Source: Thermodesulfobacteriota bacterium (GTDB lineage: Bacteria > Desulfobacterota > GWC2-55-46 > JADFVP01). Taken from it: 46,657 nucleotides of DNA. The number at the start of each line of letters is the position of its first letter. The stretch's first letter is position 1. The stretch covers positions 1-46,657 of the forward strand of contig JBHHUW010000002.1 in assembly GCA_046753945.1 (NCBI GenBank). Reading direction: 5' to 3'. Below the pieces are notes generated by a model that saw only the letters and a program-made list of their open reading frames with translations, searched no databases and was not told the DNA's origin. Both the position numbers and the translations under genes were made by a program. Below are positions 26,924 to 36,541 of the stretch, one piece after another.

Positions 26924-27973
26924 ATGCAGATGAGACGATTCAGGGCGCCATCACCAAGGGAGGCCCTTGCAGCGGTAAAAAAGGAGCTCGGTCCTGAGGC
27001 CCTTATAGTGGAGACCAGGAAACTCGCTGACGGGGGCTCGGAGGTTGTGGCATGTGTGGATAACGAGATACCGGCCTCCGGTCCTGCGGCGCCCATGCCC
27101 TCCGAGGCCGTGGTGGGGCGCATTGAGGAGGAAATGAGGGAGATAAAGGAGCTTCTTATCTCCATCTCATTAAAGAACAAGGCCGAGGGAGAGGCCATTA
27201 CCGTACTTAAGAGGCAGATGCTGGCCAATGGCCTTGGAAACTCCCTTACTCTGGCCCTTCTCGCAAGCGCCGCTAAAAAGGACGAGGTAGTAAAAGGCCG
27301 CGCAACGGGCGCTAATGAGGTGAACCTCCTTCGCGAGGTGCTGAGGCGAGAGATAAGAGAGAAGATAATGGTAAAGGACCCCATGATGGGTGGAAGGGTA
27401 ATCTCTTTCATAGGCCCGGCCGGGGCGGGAAAGACAACGACCATAGCCAAACTGGCGGCCATGGAAGTGCTGAAGAAAAAAAAGAAGACCGCGCTTCTTA
27501 CAATGGACACACTGAGAATAGGCGCGCCGGAACAGCTGAGGACCTATGGAAAGATGATAGGGGCCCCTGTTGGGGTGGCCTCCACAACAGCGGAGCTTGC
27601 CGCCTTCATGAAGATACACAGTGATGCCGGGCTGATACTTATAGACACGCCGGGCAGGAATGTGAGGAACAGGGATTATATAAGAGAACTTCGTGAGATG
27701 GCGGACCTTACTCCGGAGCTGAAGTTTAACCTTGTGCTCAGCGTTCGCGAGAGAGATGAGTCCCTTAATGAGAGCGTCCGGGGCTTTTCATCCCTGCCCG
27801 TGGATGCCATTACCTTTACGAAACTTGACGAGTCCCGTTCATTTGGACAGATGCTCGGCGTATCCACTCTTGCAGACAGGCCTATTAGTTACCTCGGTAC
27901 AGGTCAGAAGGTGCCCGGTGACCTTATGGCGGCTACAAAGAAGGAGGTCTTAAAGTACCTCATGCCCGCATAG
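26924..27973 (+). CDS. flhF: Flagellar SRP-type GTPase FlhF
   Basis: N-terminal B-domain (FRAPSPREALAAVKKELGPEALIVETRK). G1 is GPAGAGKTTT and G3 is DTPGR. TKLDE is also present. Confidence 0.93.
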   Translation: MQMRRFRAPSPREALAAVKKELGPEALIVETRKLADGGSEVVACVDNEIPASGPAAPMPSEAVVGRIEEEMREIKELLISISLKNKAEGEAITVLKRQMLANGLGNSLTLALLASAAKKDEVVKGRATGANEVNLLREVLRREIREKIMVKDPMMGGRVISFIGPAGAGKTTTIAKLAAMEVLKKKKKTALLTMDTLRIGAPEQLRTYGKMIGAPVGVASTTAELAAFMKIHSDAGLILIDTPGRNVRNRDYIRELREMADLTPELKFNLVLSVRERDESLNESVRGFSSLPVDAITFTKLDESRSFGQMLGVSTLADRPISYLGTGQKVPGDLMAATKKEVLKYLMPA

Positions 27974-27990
27974 AGTAAATGCGGGCCATG
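27961..27990 (+). other. Hairpin spanning the flhF stop codon
   Basis: GCCCGCAT-AGAGTAA-ATGCGGGC is a perfect 8-bp stem, extendable with flanking CATG. The TAG stop (27971-27973) sits at the stem-loop junction: T and A are the last two stem bases and G is the first loop base. No U-tract follows. Confidence 0.6.
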
Positions 27991-28116
27991 GGTTGGGGCA
28001 TAAGGGGGCTATGGTTGTTACGAGAGGGGCGCTTGAGGCAGGCGAATGTGGAATAAGGGTATTAAACTACGGCGTGGTCAGTGAAAATCCGGTCCGTCCG
28101 TGAAAAGGGGTTTTTA

Positions 28117-29037
28117 ATGAAAGAAATTGTAGAAGAGAAAAAAACAGGCCCGCAAAAAGGAGCCGCGGGCAAGGGCGTGGCGGATAAAGGCGGGGCAGGC
28201 AAAGGCTCGCGTAGTGATGGCTCCGTTGTACGGGTTATCTCCGTAACAAGCGGCAAGGGCGGAGTGGGCAAGACAAACTGCGTTGTCAACCTGGCCATAT
28301 CCTTTGCCCGCAGGGGCAGGAGGGTGCTGGTCTTTGACGCGGACCTTGGCCTCTGCAACCTCGATGTAATGCTGGGTCTATCGCCGAAGTATAACATCAA
28401 CCACGTGCTCCGCGGTGAAAAGACAATAGAGGACGTAATGGTGAGGGGGCCCGAAGGCATCATGGTCATTCCCGCGGCATCGGGCATACAGGAGCTTACG
28501 AGCCTTGATACCGAGCAGAGACTTGCCCTTACCTCAAGCATGGAGTCCCTTGATAAGGACGTGGATATTATGATGATAGACACCGGGGCAGGGATATCGG
28601 GCAACGTGATGTTCTTTAATACCGCGGCCCACGAGATAATCGTAGTAGTAACTCCTGAGCCCACCTCTCTTACAGACGCCTACGCCCTTATGAAGGTGCT
28701 TATGAAAAAGCACGGGGAAAAGAGCTTTAAGCTCCTTGTCAATACGGCCCGCAGCGAGAAGGAGGGAAAGAATATCTACAGCATTATCAGCCTCGTTGCC
28801 AGCAGGTTTCTTAATGTCTCTCTTGAGTACCTGGGTTGCGTCGTTCAGGACGAGAAGGTCTCCAGGGCCGTTATAAACCAGAGGGCCGTAGTCGAGATGT
28901 TTCCCGATACTCCGGCAAGCCGGTGTATCAAGGGCATATCGGAAAAACTACTGAGCATGCCTGCTGAGACGGCCCCAAAGGGGGGAATGCAGCTATTCTG
29001 GAAAAACATGCTAAACATGCAGGTTGATTCGTTATGA
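28117..29037 (+). CDS. flhG: MinD/ParA-type ATPase FlhG (FleN/YlxH)
   Basis: Deviant Walker A is SGKGGVGKT. Contains DADLGLCNLD. Position after flhF fits. I prefer the ATG at 28117 (AAAGGGG RBS) over the ORF-track GTG at 28081. Confidence 0.9.
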   Translation: MKEIVEEKKTGPQKGAAGKGVADKGGAGKGSRSDGSVVRVISVTSGKGGVGKTNCVVNLAISFARRGRRVLVFDADLGLCNLDVMLGLSPKYNINHVLRGEKTIEDVMVRGPEGIMVIPAASGIQELTSLDTEQRLALTSSMESLDKDVDIMMIDTGAGISGNVMFFNTAAHEIIVVVTPEPTSLTDAYALMKVLMKKHGEKSFKLLVNTARSEKEGKNIYSIISLVASRFLNVSLEYLGCVVQDEKVSRAVINQRAVVEMFPDTPASRCIKGISEKLLSMPAETAPKGGMQLFWKNMLNMQVDSL

Positions 29038-29858
29038 AAGGACAACTCAATAAGAGCAAGGCGCCTGTAAGGGGCCCTCTGAGGTCAGGCAAGATGAAAA
29101 AGATGGCGAAAAAAAAGAGGAAACCTCTCATGGCAGAGCCGGAGAGGGAGAATCTCATGATGGAGAATATCAGGCTTGTGAAGATAATCGCACATCATAT
29201 AGCCGTTCACCTGCCGCCACATATAGATGTAAATGATCTTATGAGCGCCGGGACCATAGGTCTTCTTGAGTCTATTGACAAGTTTGACGCCACAAGGGGT
29301 ATAAAGTTTAAGACCTATGCGTCGATAAGGATACGAGGGGCTATCATGGATGAGCTTCGGGGCATGGACTGGATGACGCGCTCTATGCGGGAAAAATCCA
29401 ATATGCTCAAGAGGGCCTATGGCGAGATTGAGAAAAGAACAGGAGGTCCGGCCAGCGAGAAGGATGTGGCTGATTTTTTAGACCTCTCTGTGGAGGGCCT
29501 GAGAGGGCTTCTCGGCAAGGTGAGCGCCTATAGCCTCATACATATCGAGGACCTTGCCCCGGACAGCGAGTCCAAGATGGACATCCTTGAATGCATTGAA
29601 GACCCCAATGGCGCCGACCCCATGGCCTCTGCAAGGTTCAGCGAGCTGCAAAACACCCTGGCATCTCTTATTGAGGCGCTTCCCGAGAAAGAGAAACTCA
29701 TAGTCTCGCTCTATTATTTTAACGAACTTACGCTAAAGGAGATAGGCCGGGTCATGGAGATTACCGAGTCAAGGGTATGCCAGCTCCACAGCCAGGCCAT
29801 GCACAGGCTGAAGGCCAGAATGGTAAGGTCTGTTCAGGAAGATATTAAGCTTATATGA
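29034..29858 (+). CDS. fliA: Flagellar sigma factor FliA (sigma-28)
   Basis: ATGA overlap with the flhG stop codon. Region 2 is LVKIIAHHIA...LMSAGTIGLLESIDKFD...FKTYASIRIRGAIMDELR. Region 4 is LYYFNELTLKEIGRVMEITESRVCQLHSQAMHRLK. Lys-rich N-terminal tail. Confidence 0.92.
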   Translation: MKGQLNKSKAPVRGPLRSGKMKKMAKKKRKPLMAEPERENLMMENIRLVKIIAHHIAVHLPPHIDVNDLMSAGTIGLLESIDKFDATRGIKFKTYASIRIRGAIMDELRGMDWMTRSMREKSNMLKRAYGEIEKRTGGPASEKDVADFLDLSVEGLRGLLGKVSAYSLIHIEDLAPDSESKMDILECIEDPNGADPMASARFSELQNTLASLIEALPEKEKLIVSLYYFNELTLKEIGRVMEITESRVCQLHSQAMHRLKARMVRSVQEDIKLI

Positions 29859-29908
29859 ACCGCGGCGCCTGTACAGGGACGCCATAGATGACTGTAAGGT
29901 GACTTTTA

Positions 29909-31840
29909 ATGGCTAATACAGCTAATACAGAGCGTTTATTAGAGGAGCTTAAGGACGAGGACCCATTGGTTCGCAGGCTTGCCTGTGAAGAGATAGGCGA
30001 CTCAGGAGCCCTTGCCGCCTTTGTGGACCCCCTTACCGCGGCCCTTGGCGATCTGGACCACGGCGTCTCTGAAGCGGCTATGAACGCCCTTATGAGTATA
30101 GGTGGAACAGAGGTGGCCGAGGCTGTTGCGCCGCTGCTTCGAGCCAGCGAGGCCAGGCTCCGTAACAGGGCCATGGAGATACTGATAAGCACGGGAAGGG
30201 CCTCCACACCCATGGTCAGCGCCATGCTGGGCGATAAAGACGATGATGTAGTAAAGTTCGCCGTTGATATACTTGCCGCCACAGGTGAGGCCGCGTCTGT
30301 GGCAGAGGTGGCCGGGTTAACTGGCCACCCCAATGCCAATGTAAGGGGGGCTGTGGCCCTTTACATGGGTATGGCCAGGCCATACGGGGCTGCCCGCTAT
30401 ATTATGGAGGCCATAGGTGATGAGGAGCAGTGGGTGAGGTTCTCCGCCGTAGAGGCGCTGGGGCTTCTTGGAGACCTCAGGCAGCTTGAACCACTTCTGG
30501 AGATACTGAGAGAGGAGAACGGCGTGGTGAAGGACGCCGCTCTTGACGCCCTCTCAAGGATGGCCACTACGGCCAACTCATACGAGATACTCATGACCAT
30601 GAGAGACTTCATAAATGAGGACGATACTTTTCCTGTTGCCTCAATAGTGGAGATACTGGAAAAGGCCGCAGATGCCGCCTGGGATGTAAACAAGTGCGTT
30701 GATCTTAGAGAAAAATTATTTAAAATTTTTGATAGCGCCACTCTGGACCTGGATATTGAAAAGAGGAAGACGGCGATTCGAGGTCTTGTCCTTTTAAGAG
30801 ACCATAGAGGTATAAGCAGGGTTTTGGAGTTCATGGACTCTCAGGACGAACTTGATGAGGATACCGAGGAGTATGTAATAAGCGCCATGGCCGAATTATG
30901 CGCCGGAAGGGAGCTTCCTGCGGAGGTGCTGGAAGGGATAAGGAAGGGCGGCAAAAATACCATAACCCTTATCAGGCTTGTGGGAAGGTTGAGGGCAGTG
31001 GAGGCCCTGCCTGTGCTTGAGAACTGTCTGGCCAGAGGCGTAAGGGACGAAGCCAGGGCCATACTCTTTACAGTAGAAAGTATAGGCTCGGCTGAGTCAG
31101 TGGACATGCTCTATAAATCCATATACTCCTCTGATGGTCATGTAAGAAAGATAGCGGCAAGGACTCTTGCCAGAGTCGTTGGAGAGGAGGCATCTGATAA
31201 CCTCTTTGCCATGCTTATCAAGGAAAGGTACAGGGATGTCATTGAGGGAATAACCGACGCCCTTGCAGGAATGGGCAGAGAGAAGGTGAGGTCTGGTTTT
31301 ACTGAACTTCTCGCCTGCGAGCGTGAGGACCTTCGTGAGATGGGATGCAGGGGCCTTGGGGTTATGGGGGGAGAGGCTTCTACGGAGCCCCTTAAGAAGG
31401 CCATTGAAGATAAAGACCCCGCAGTAAGAAAGACGGCCTATGTCTCTCTGGCCATGCTTGGTGTGCCTGATGCGCTGGAGCCCGTTATACAGGGGCTGCG
31501 CCTCGGTGACGAGGAGATGTGCATAGCCATGATGGACTCCATGAACGCCGTCATCACCGATGAGCTCCGCGAGGCGCTTCGCGATAAGCTCAGTGACAGC
31601 AGCCTCTGGGTAAGGTATCACGCCGTCACCCTGCTTGGAGATATGCTGGACAGGGATGCCGAAGACACTTTCATAGATATGCTCCGTGATGATGAACCTC
31701 CGGTGCAGGCCGCCGTTGCCGGGGCGCTTGCCAGAATAGACTCAAAGAGGGCCCGTCCAATACTTAAGTCCATGTATGAGGATGCCGAGCCAAGTATGCG
31801 TGATGCAATAGTAAAAGCAATGGAGGTCATGGGGTGTTAG
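29909..31840 (+). CDS. HEAT/PBS-lyase-like repeat protein (643 aa), function unknown
   Basis: Reiterated 30-aa repeats of the type DPLVRRLACEEIGDSG, D..VSEAAMNALMSIG, ARLRNRAMEIL, NANVRGAVALYMG, DPAVRKTAYVSLAMLG, SLWVRYHAVTLLGDM and EPPVQAAVAGALARI. The 3' end overlaps the cheR start by 7 nt. Confidence 0.75.
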   Translation: MANTANTERLLEELKDEDPLVRRLACEEIGDSGALAAFVDPLTAALGDLDHGVSEAAMNALMSIGGTEVAEAVAPLLRASEARLRNRAMEILISTGRASTPMVSAMLGDKDDDVVKFAVDILAATGEAASVAEVAGLTGHPNANVRGAVALYMGMARPYGAARYIMEAIGDEEQWVRFSAVEALGLLGDLRQLEPLLEILREENGVVKDAALDALSRMATTANSYEILMTMRDFINEDDTFPVASIVEILEKAADAAWDVNKCVDLREKLFKIFDSATLDLDIEKRKTAIRGLVLLRDHRGISRVLEFMDSQDELDEDTEEYVISAMAELCAGRELPAEVLEGIRKGGKNTITLIRLVGRLRAVEALPVLENCLARGVRDEARAILFTVESIGSAESVDMLYKSIYSSDGHVRKIAARTLARVVGEEASDNLFAMLIKERYRDVIEGITDALAGMGREKVRSGFTELLACEREDLREMGCRGLGVMGGEASTEPLKKAIEDKDPAVRKTAYVSLAMLGVPDALEPVIQGLRLGDEEMCIAMMDSMNAVITDELREALRDKLSDSSLWVRYHAVTLLGDMLDRDAEDTFIDMLRDDEPPVQAAVAGALARIDSKRARPILKSMYEDAEPSMRDAIVKAMEVMGC

Positions 31841-32691
31841 TAGGCAGGGCTAAGACACGTCCAAGTGTTTCCGTGGAGACATTCGTGCTCTTCAGGGACC
31901 TCATCTACAAGAGGTGCGGCATCTCTTTATCAGAGTCCAAGCGCTATCTTATTGAGACGAGGCTCTCTGGTAGACTTGCGGCCATGAAGCTCAAGAGTTT
32001 CGAGGACTACTATTATTACCTCATATACGACAAGAATAAAGAAGCTGAGATGAACAGGCTCATAGGCTGCATGGTCACCAATGAGACGAGTTTTTACAGA
32101 GACCGGCCTCAGCTCGATGGTTTTATTAACGGTGTAATACCCGATGTCATCAAGAGAAGAGAGAGGGACGTTATTAAAGATCTGCGCGTCTGGAGCTCGG
32201 CCTCCTCAACAGGTGAGGAGCCCTATACCCTGGCCATGATGATGATGGAAAAGGGCCTCCATCTGAAGGGCTGGCGCATAAGTGTAATCGGCTCTGATAT
32301 AAGCGATGGCGTGCTTCACTCGGCCAGAAGGGCAACTTACGAGGGGTATGCCCTCAGGAATGTGCCCGATGTTGTAAAGAAGAAGTATTTTTTCAAGACC
32401 AACGAGAACTACTCCGTGGTGAAAAAGGTAAAGGATAGCGTAAGTTTTAAGAAGATAAATATGATGGACAGAAAGGCAATGGGCTCCATAAAGAGCGTGG
32501 ACGTGGTCTTTTGCAGGAATGTTCTTATTTATTTTGATGACCAATCAAGAAAGGCCGTTCTTACACATCTCTACGACAGCCTGCGGCCCGGTGGATATCT
32601 CTTTCTTGGTTTTTCAGAGTCCCTTAATAACCTGACGAGGCTTTTTACTCCTGTGAAGATGGGGCATACGCTTGTATATAAAAAGACGTAA
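31834..32691 (+). CDS. cheR: Chemotaxis methyltransferase CheR
   Basis: Contains ETSFYRD. SAM-binding motif is VWSSASSTGEEPYTLAMMM. Also FCRNVLIYFD. GTG start lies 8 nt after GGAGG. Confidence 0.92.
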   Translation: MLVGRAKTRPSVSVETFVLFRDLIYKRCGISLSESKRYLIETRLSGRLAAMKLKSFEDYYYYLIYDKNKEAEMNRLIGCMVTNETSFYRDRPQLDGFINGVIPDVIKRRERDVIKDLRVWSSASSTGEEPYTLAMMMMEKGLHLKGWRISVIGSDISDGVLHSARRATYEGYALRNVPDVVKKKYFFKTNENYSVVKKVKDSVSFKKINMMDRKAMGSIKSVDVVFCRNVLIYFDDQSRKAVLTHLYDSLRPGGYLFLGFSESLNNLTRLFTPVKMGHTLVYKKT

Positions 32692-32704
32692 CGCGGGGGT
32701 GACG

Positions 32705-33067
32705 ATGGAACAGATACTCGTAGTTGATGATTGCAGCGTAACAAGGAAGCTGCTCTCATTCATGATAGAGCACAAGGGGTACAGCATTCTTGGGGCCACT
32801 AACGGTGTTGAGGCCCTTGAAAAGCTTGCCGGCCCTGATGTTGACCTTATCATCACGGACCTGAACATGCCTCTTATGGACGGACTTGAGTTCGTAAAGA
32901 ACGTTAGGGACATTGTGGATTACAGGCATATCCCCATTATCATGCTTACCACGGAAGCAGGCGATGAGGACAGGCGTCTCGCAGCAGAGGCCGGAGTGAG
33001 CACCTATCTTGTAAAACCCGTTGAGGCCGAGGACCTTATTGGAGAGATAGAAAAACTTATACACTGA
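32705..33067 (+). CDS. Single-domain response regulator, CheY-like
   Basis: Contains ILVVDDCSVTRK, LIITDLNMPLMDG, IIMLTTE and YLVKP. ATG at 32705 gives a canonical 120-aa receiver. Confidence 0.88.
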   Translation: MEQILVVDDCSVTRKLLSFMIEHKGYSILGATNGVEALEKLAGPDVDLIITDLNMPLMDGLEFVKNVRDIVDYRHIPIIMLTTEAGDEDRRLAAEAGVSTYLVKPVEAEDLIGEIEKLIH

Positions 33068-33219
33068 GCCCTATGGCGGTCATATGCCGGACAGATATCG
33101 TTGCAGGAAAATATAAACTTTTCGCAGACTTTGCGGGCATTTAAGGTCTCTTCTGAGTGGATTGTTGCAATGAGCAGGAATTTAACCCTGGAGAGACCAA
33201 AAAAAAAGGAGAAGGAGAG

Positions 33220-33606
33220 ATGGCTGACGCGAATATGAAGATACTCGTAGTAGACGACTTCGCCACCATGAGGAAGATCATAAAGAATCTTTTAAGGGAG
33301 CTTGGTTACACCAATGTGGAGGAGGCCGAGGATGGCGCCATGGCTCTGGAAAAACTCAAGGAAGGCGGCTTTAACTTCATCATAACGGACTGGAATATGC
33401 CAAACATGCCTGGCATTGAGCTCCTGAAAGCCGTGAGGCAGACCGAGGGCATCAAGGACATGCCCGTACTTATGGTTACGGCAGAGGCAGAGAAGGAGAA
33501 GGTGGTGGCCGCGGTTCAGGCCAAGGTAAACAACTATGTTGTAAAACCCTTTACCGCCGCCGTCTTGAAAGAGAAGATAGACAGCATATTCGAGAAACTC
33601 GGTTAA
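33220..33606 (+). CDS. cheY: Chemotaxis response regulator CheY
   Basis: Contains [40 protein letters not shown] and YVVKPF. AGGAGAAGGAGAG RBS precedes the ATG at 33220. Confidence 0.92.
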   Translation: MADANMKILVVDDFATMRKIIKNLLRELGYTNVEEAEDGAMALEKLKEGGFNFIITDWNMPNMPGIELLKAVRQTEGIKDMPVLMVTAEAEKEKVVAAVQAKVNNYVVKPFTAAVLKEKIDSIFEKLG

Positions 33607-33649
33607 GTAAGAGCAGCCCCACCCCCTGGCTGCAAAAGGAGATTGCTGT

Positions 33650-35362
33650 ATGAGCGAGCCTTCCAATGAGATGGATGAGATAATTGATGAGTTTATAGTT
33701 GAGTCCGAGGAATCCCTTGAGTCACTTGACCAGATGTTTGTTGCCCTGGAGAAGGACCCAGGCAATAAGGACCTCTTAAACGAGATATTCCGCTGCGCCC
33801 ATACCATAAAGGGCGCCGCCGGTTTTCTCGGCTTCCAGAAGCTTGTGGAGATAGCGCATGTCACTGAAGACGTGCTCAATAAGCTTAGAAAGGGCGAGCT
33901 CACTGTTACAGAAGATATAATGGACGCGGTCCTTAAAGCTATGGATATTATTAAAGAAATTCTCGCCAATATAAAGACCGGCCGCGTTGAAGGCATCTCA
34001 CCTTCCGTTGATTTCATGAAGGCCATACTTGAGGGAGGGGAGACTGCGGCTGCGGAGACGGTAACCGTTGAAAAAGAGACAAAGCAGGCAGGCGAAGCCT
34101 CCGGCAAAGCGCCGGAGCAGGCAGTAGAAAAAAAAGAGACACCCATCGTTCATAAGGAAAAAGAGCAGAATATCAGGGTGGAGATAGTCAAACTCGATGA
34201 GGTCCTTAACCTTGTCGGCGAGCTTGTCTTATCGCGCAACAGGCTCATGCGTCTTGGTTCGCAGCTATGTGACTCGAGGATGGAAGAAGATATACTAAAC
34301 CATACGGATGAGGCCATAGCCCAGCTCGACCTTGTTACATCAGACCTTCAGCTCGCTGTAATGAAGATGAGGATGCAGCCAATAGCAAGGGTCTTTAATA
34401 AGTTTCCGCGTATGGTGCGAGATCTGGCGCGGTCCGGCGAGAAGGAAATTGAGCTCAAGGTCTCAGGTGAGGATACAGAGCTTGACAAGACCGTTATCGA
34501 GGAAATCGGTGATCCCCTTATACATCTTATAAGAAACTCCGTGGACCACGGCGTAGAGTCCCCGGCTGAGCGCCAGGCCGCGGGCAAACCCGCCTGTGGT
34601 ACCATCTCACTCTCGGCCAGCCAGGAAGGGCAGAATATCGTTGTCTGCGTAGAGGATGACGGAAAGGGTATGGACCCTGAGGCCATTAAGGAATCCGCCA
34701 TTGGCAAGGGAGTTATTACCCCTGAAGAGGCCTCTAAACTCTCTTCAAAGGACGCACTGGAGCTGATCTTCAGGCCCGGGTTCTCCACCGTGAAGAAGGT
34801 AAGCGATATCTCCGGGCGCGGCGTGGGCATGGATGTGGTAAAGACAGGCATAACCAACATCAACGGCCTTATCAATATAGAGTCCGAGGTGGGGGTTGGT
34901 ACGAAGATAATCTTCCGCCTCCCGCTGACGCTGGCCATCATACAGATACTTATCGTGAAATCCGGTGATGAAATATACGGAATACCGCTGGCCAATGTTG
35001 TTGAGAATATCAGGCTTCGCCCTCAGGACGTAAAGACCATTGAGGGCCGCGAGGTTGTGCGCATCAGGGATAGTGTCCTGCCGGTGGCAAGGCTTCAGTC
35101 CATTGTAAGGCCCGGCGCTGTTTCGCAGGTTGCTGATAACGGTAAAATTTATCTGGTTGTTATTGGTGTCGGCGAAAAACGCTTTGGTCTTCTCGTTGAT
35201 GAGCTGTACGGTCAGGAGGAGATTGTAATGAAGTCCATGGGTGAGTATATGAAGGGCACCGAGGGCGTGGCCGGAGCGAGCATTACCGGCGACGGCAAGG
35301 TGGTGCTTATCCTCGACGTGGCATCGGTCTTAACGGTACGAAAACTGGCCCTTGCCTCCTGA
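33650..35362 (+). CDS. cheA: Chemotaxis histidine kinase CheA
   Basis: Hpt domain has FRCAHTIKGAAGFLGF. Dimerisation region is IRVEIVKLDEVLNLVGELV. N-box is LIHLIRNSVDHG. G1 is DDGKGMD and G2 is GRGVGMDVV. C-terminal CheW-like domain. Confidence 0.95.
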   Translation: MSEPSNEMDEIIDEFIVESEESLESLDQMFVALEKDPGNKDLLNEIFRCAHTIKGAAGFLGFQKLVEIAHVTEDVLNKLRKGELTVTEDIMDAVLKAMDIIKEILANIKTGRVEGISPSVDFMKAILEGGETAAAETVTVEKETKQAGEASGKAPEQAVEKKETPIVHKEKEQNIRVEIVKLDEVLNLVGELVLSRNRLMRLGSQLCDSRMEEDILNHTDEAIAQLDLVTSDLQLAVMKMRMQPIARVFNKFPRMVRDLARSGEKEIELKVSGEDTELDKTVIEEIGDPLIHLIRNSVDHGVESPAERQAAGKPACGTISLSASQEGQNIVVCVEDDGKGMDPEAIKESAIGKGVITPEEASKLSSKDALELIFRPGFSTVKKVSDISGRGVGMDVVKTGITNINGLINIESEVGVGTKIIFRLPLTLAIIQILIVKSGDEIYGIPLANVVENIRLRPQDVKTIEGREVVRIRDSVLPVARLQSIVRPGAVSQVADNGKIYLVVIGVGEKRFGLLVDELYGQEEIVMKSMGEYMKGTEGVAGASITGDGKVVLILDVASVLTVRKLALAS

Positions 35363-35423
35363 GGCGGGTAAGGACGGATAGCGAAAAGTTTAACCTCAAT
35401 GGTGTGCGGGGAGAGCTTAAGTA

Positions 35424-36500
35424 ATGGCTAAGATAAGGCTTCTTATAGTAGATGATTCCTCTTTTATGCGGAGCATGCTGAAGAGGATGTTAAAGGCTTA
35501 TGATGATATTGTGATTGTCGGCATGGCCAGGGACGGAGTAGAGGGTCTTGAAAAGGCCCTGGAACTCAGGCCCGACGTGGTGACCATGGATATTGAGATG
35601 CCCCGGATGAACGGCATAGACGCTACGGCTGAGATTATGCGCAGCGCCCCTGTGCCTATCATAATGGTGAGCTCCATCTCTCAAGACGGCGCAAAGGCCA
35701 CCCTTGACGCCCTTGATAAAGGCGCTGTTGATTATATCTCCAAAAATATCGACAACTCGGCTCTTGATGTAATGCAGATAGAGAAAGACCTTGTGGCTAA
35801 GATAAGGACCTTTGGCAGGTCCGGGCCGAAATCGCGCGTGGCCGCTGCCAGGCCTGCTCTGGCACGGGAGCGCACTCCGGCGGCAAGGCCGGCTGTTGCG
35901 GCCGGAAAACCAAGGAGTTTTGCTACGCAGGCCATAAAGACCGTGGTAATAGGCGCCTCAACAGGGGGCCCCAAGGCAATACAGAATGTTCTCTCCGGGC
36001 TCCCCCCGGGGCTTAAGGTATCAGTGCTCGTCGTAGTGCATATGCCCGGGCAATTTACCATGGCTTTTGCCGAGAGGCTTAACGGCGTATGCAGTATGCC
36101 CGTAGCCGAGGCCGTTAATGATGAAGAGGTAAAGGTGGGCCGTGTCCTTGTCTGCCCCGGCGGAGCGCAGACAAGGTACGTAAGAAAAGGAGCCGCCGAG
36201 GTACGCATTGAGATTAACCATGAGCCCCCTGATGCCCTCTATAAGCCTTCTGTTGATATTGCCGTAGCCTCGGTGGCAGCGTGTTTTAACGGCAGGACCC
36301 TTGGCGTGATTCTCACCGGAATGGGCTATGACGGCAGGCTCGGTATGCGCGAGGTGAAGAGTCAGGGAGGCAAGACCCTTGTACAGAGCGAGGAGACATG
36401 CACAGTCTACGGTATGCCGAGGGCTGTTATTGATGACGGCAGGGCCGACAAGGTGGTATCCCTTGATAAGATAGCTGCTGAGATTGTTAACATGATATGA
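35424..36500 (+). CDS. cheB: Chemotaxis methylesterase CheB (receiver + esterase)
   Basis: Receiver has LLIVDDSSFMR and VVTMDIEMPRMNG. Esterase has IGASTGGP, VVVHMP and LTGMGYDG. Confidence 0.94.
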   Translation: MAKIRLLIVDDSSFMRSMLKRMLKAYDDIVIVGMARDGVEGLEKALELRPDVVTMDIEMPRMNGIDATAEIMRSAPVPIIMVSSISQDGAKATLDALDKGAVDYISKNIDNSALDVMQIEKDLVAKIRTFGRSGPKSRVAAARPALARERTPAARPAVAAGKPRSFATQAIKTVVIGASTGGPKAIQNVLSGLPPGLKVSVLVVVHMPGQFTMAFAERLNGVCSMPVAEAVNDEEVKVGRVLVCPGGAQTRYVRKGAAEVRIEINHEPPDALYKPSVDIAVASVAACFNGRTLGVILTGMGYDGRLGMREVKSQGGKTLVQSEETCTVYGMPRAVIDDGRADKVVSLDKIAAEIVNMI

Positions 36501-36541
36501 GATGCCGGCGTTGGTCTTAAAAAAGGAGATACACGTCCCTC

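Noticed and set aside
33085-33106. CCGGACAGATATCGTTGCA upstream of cheY could be a sigma-54 promoter.
   Set aside because: The GG-to-GC distance is 14 instead of 12, and the paralogous copy at 262-277 has no GG at all. I report it instead as a shared motif of unknown function.
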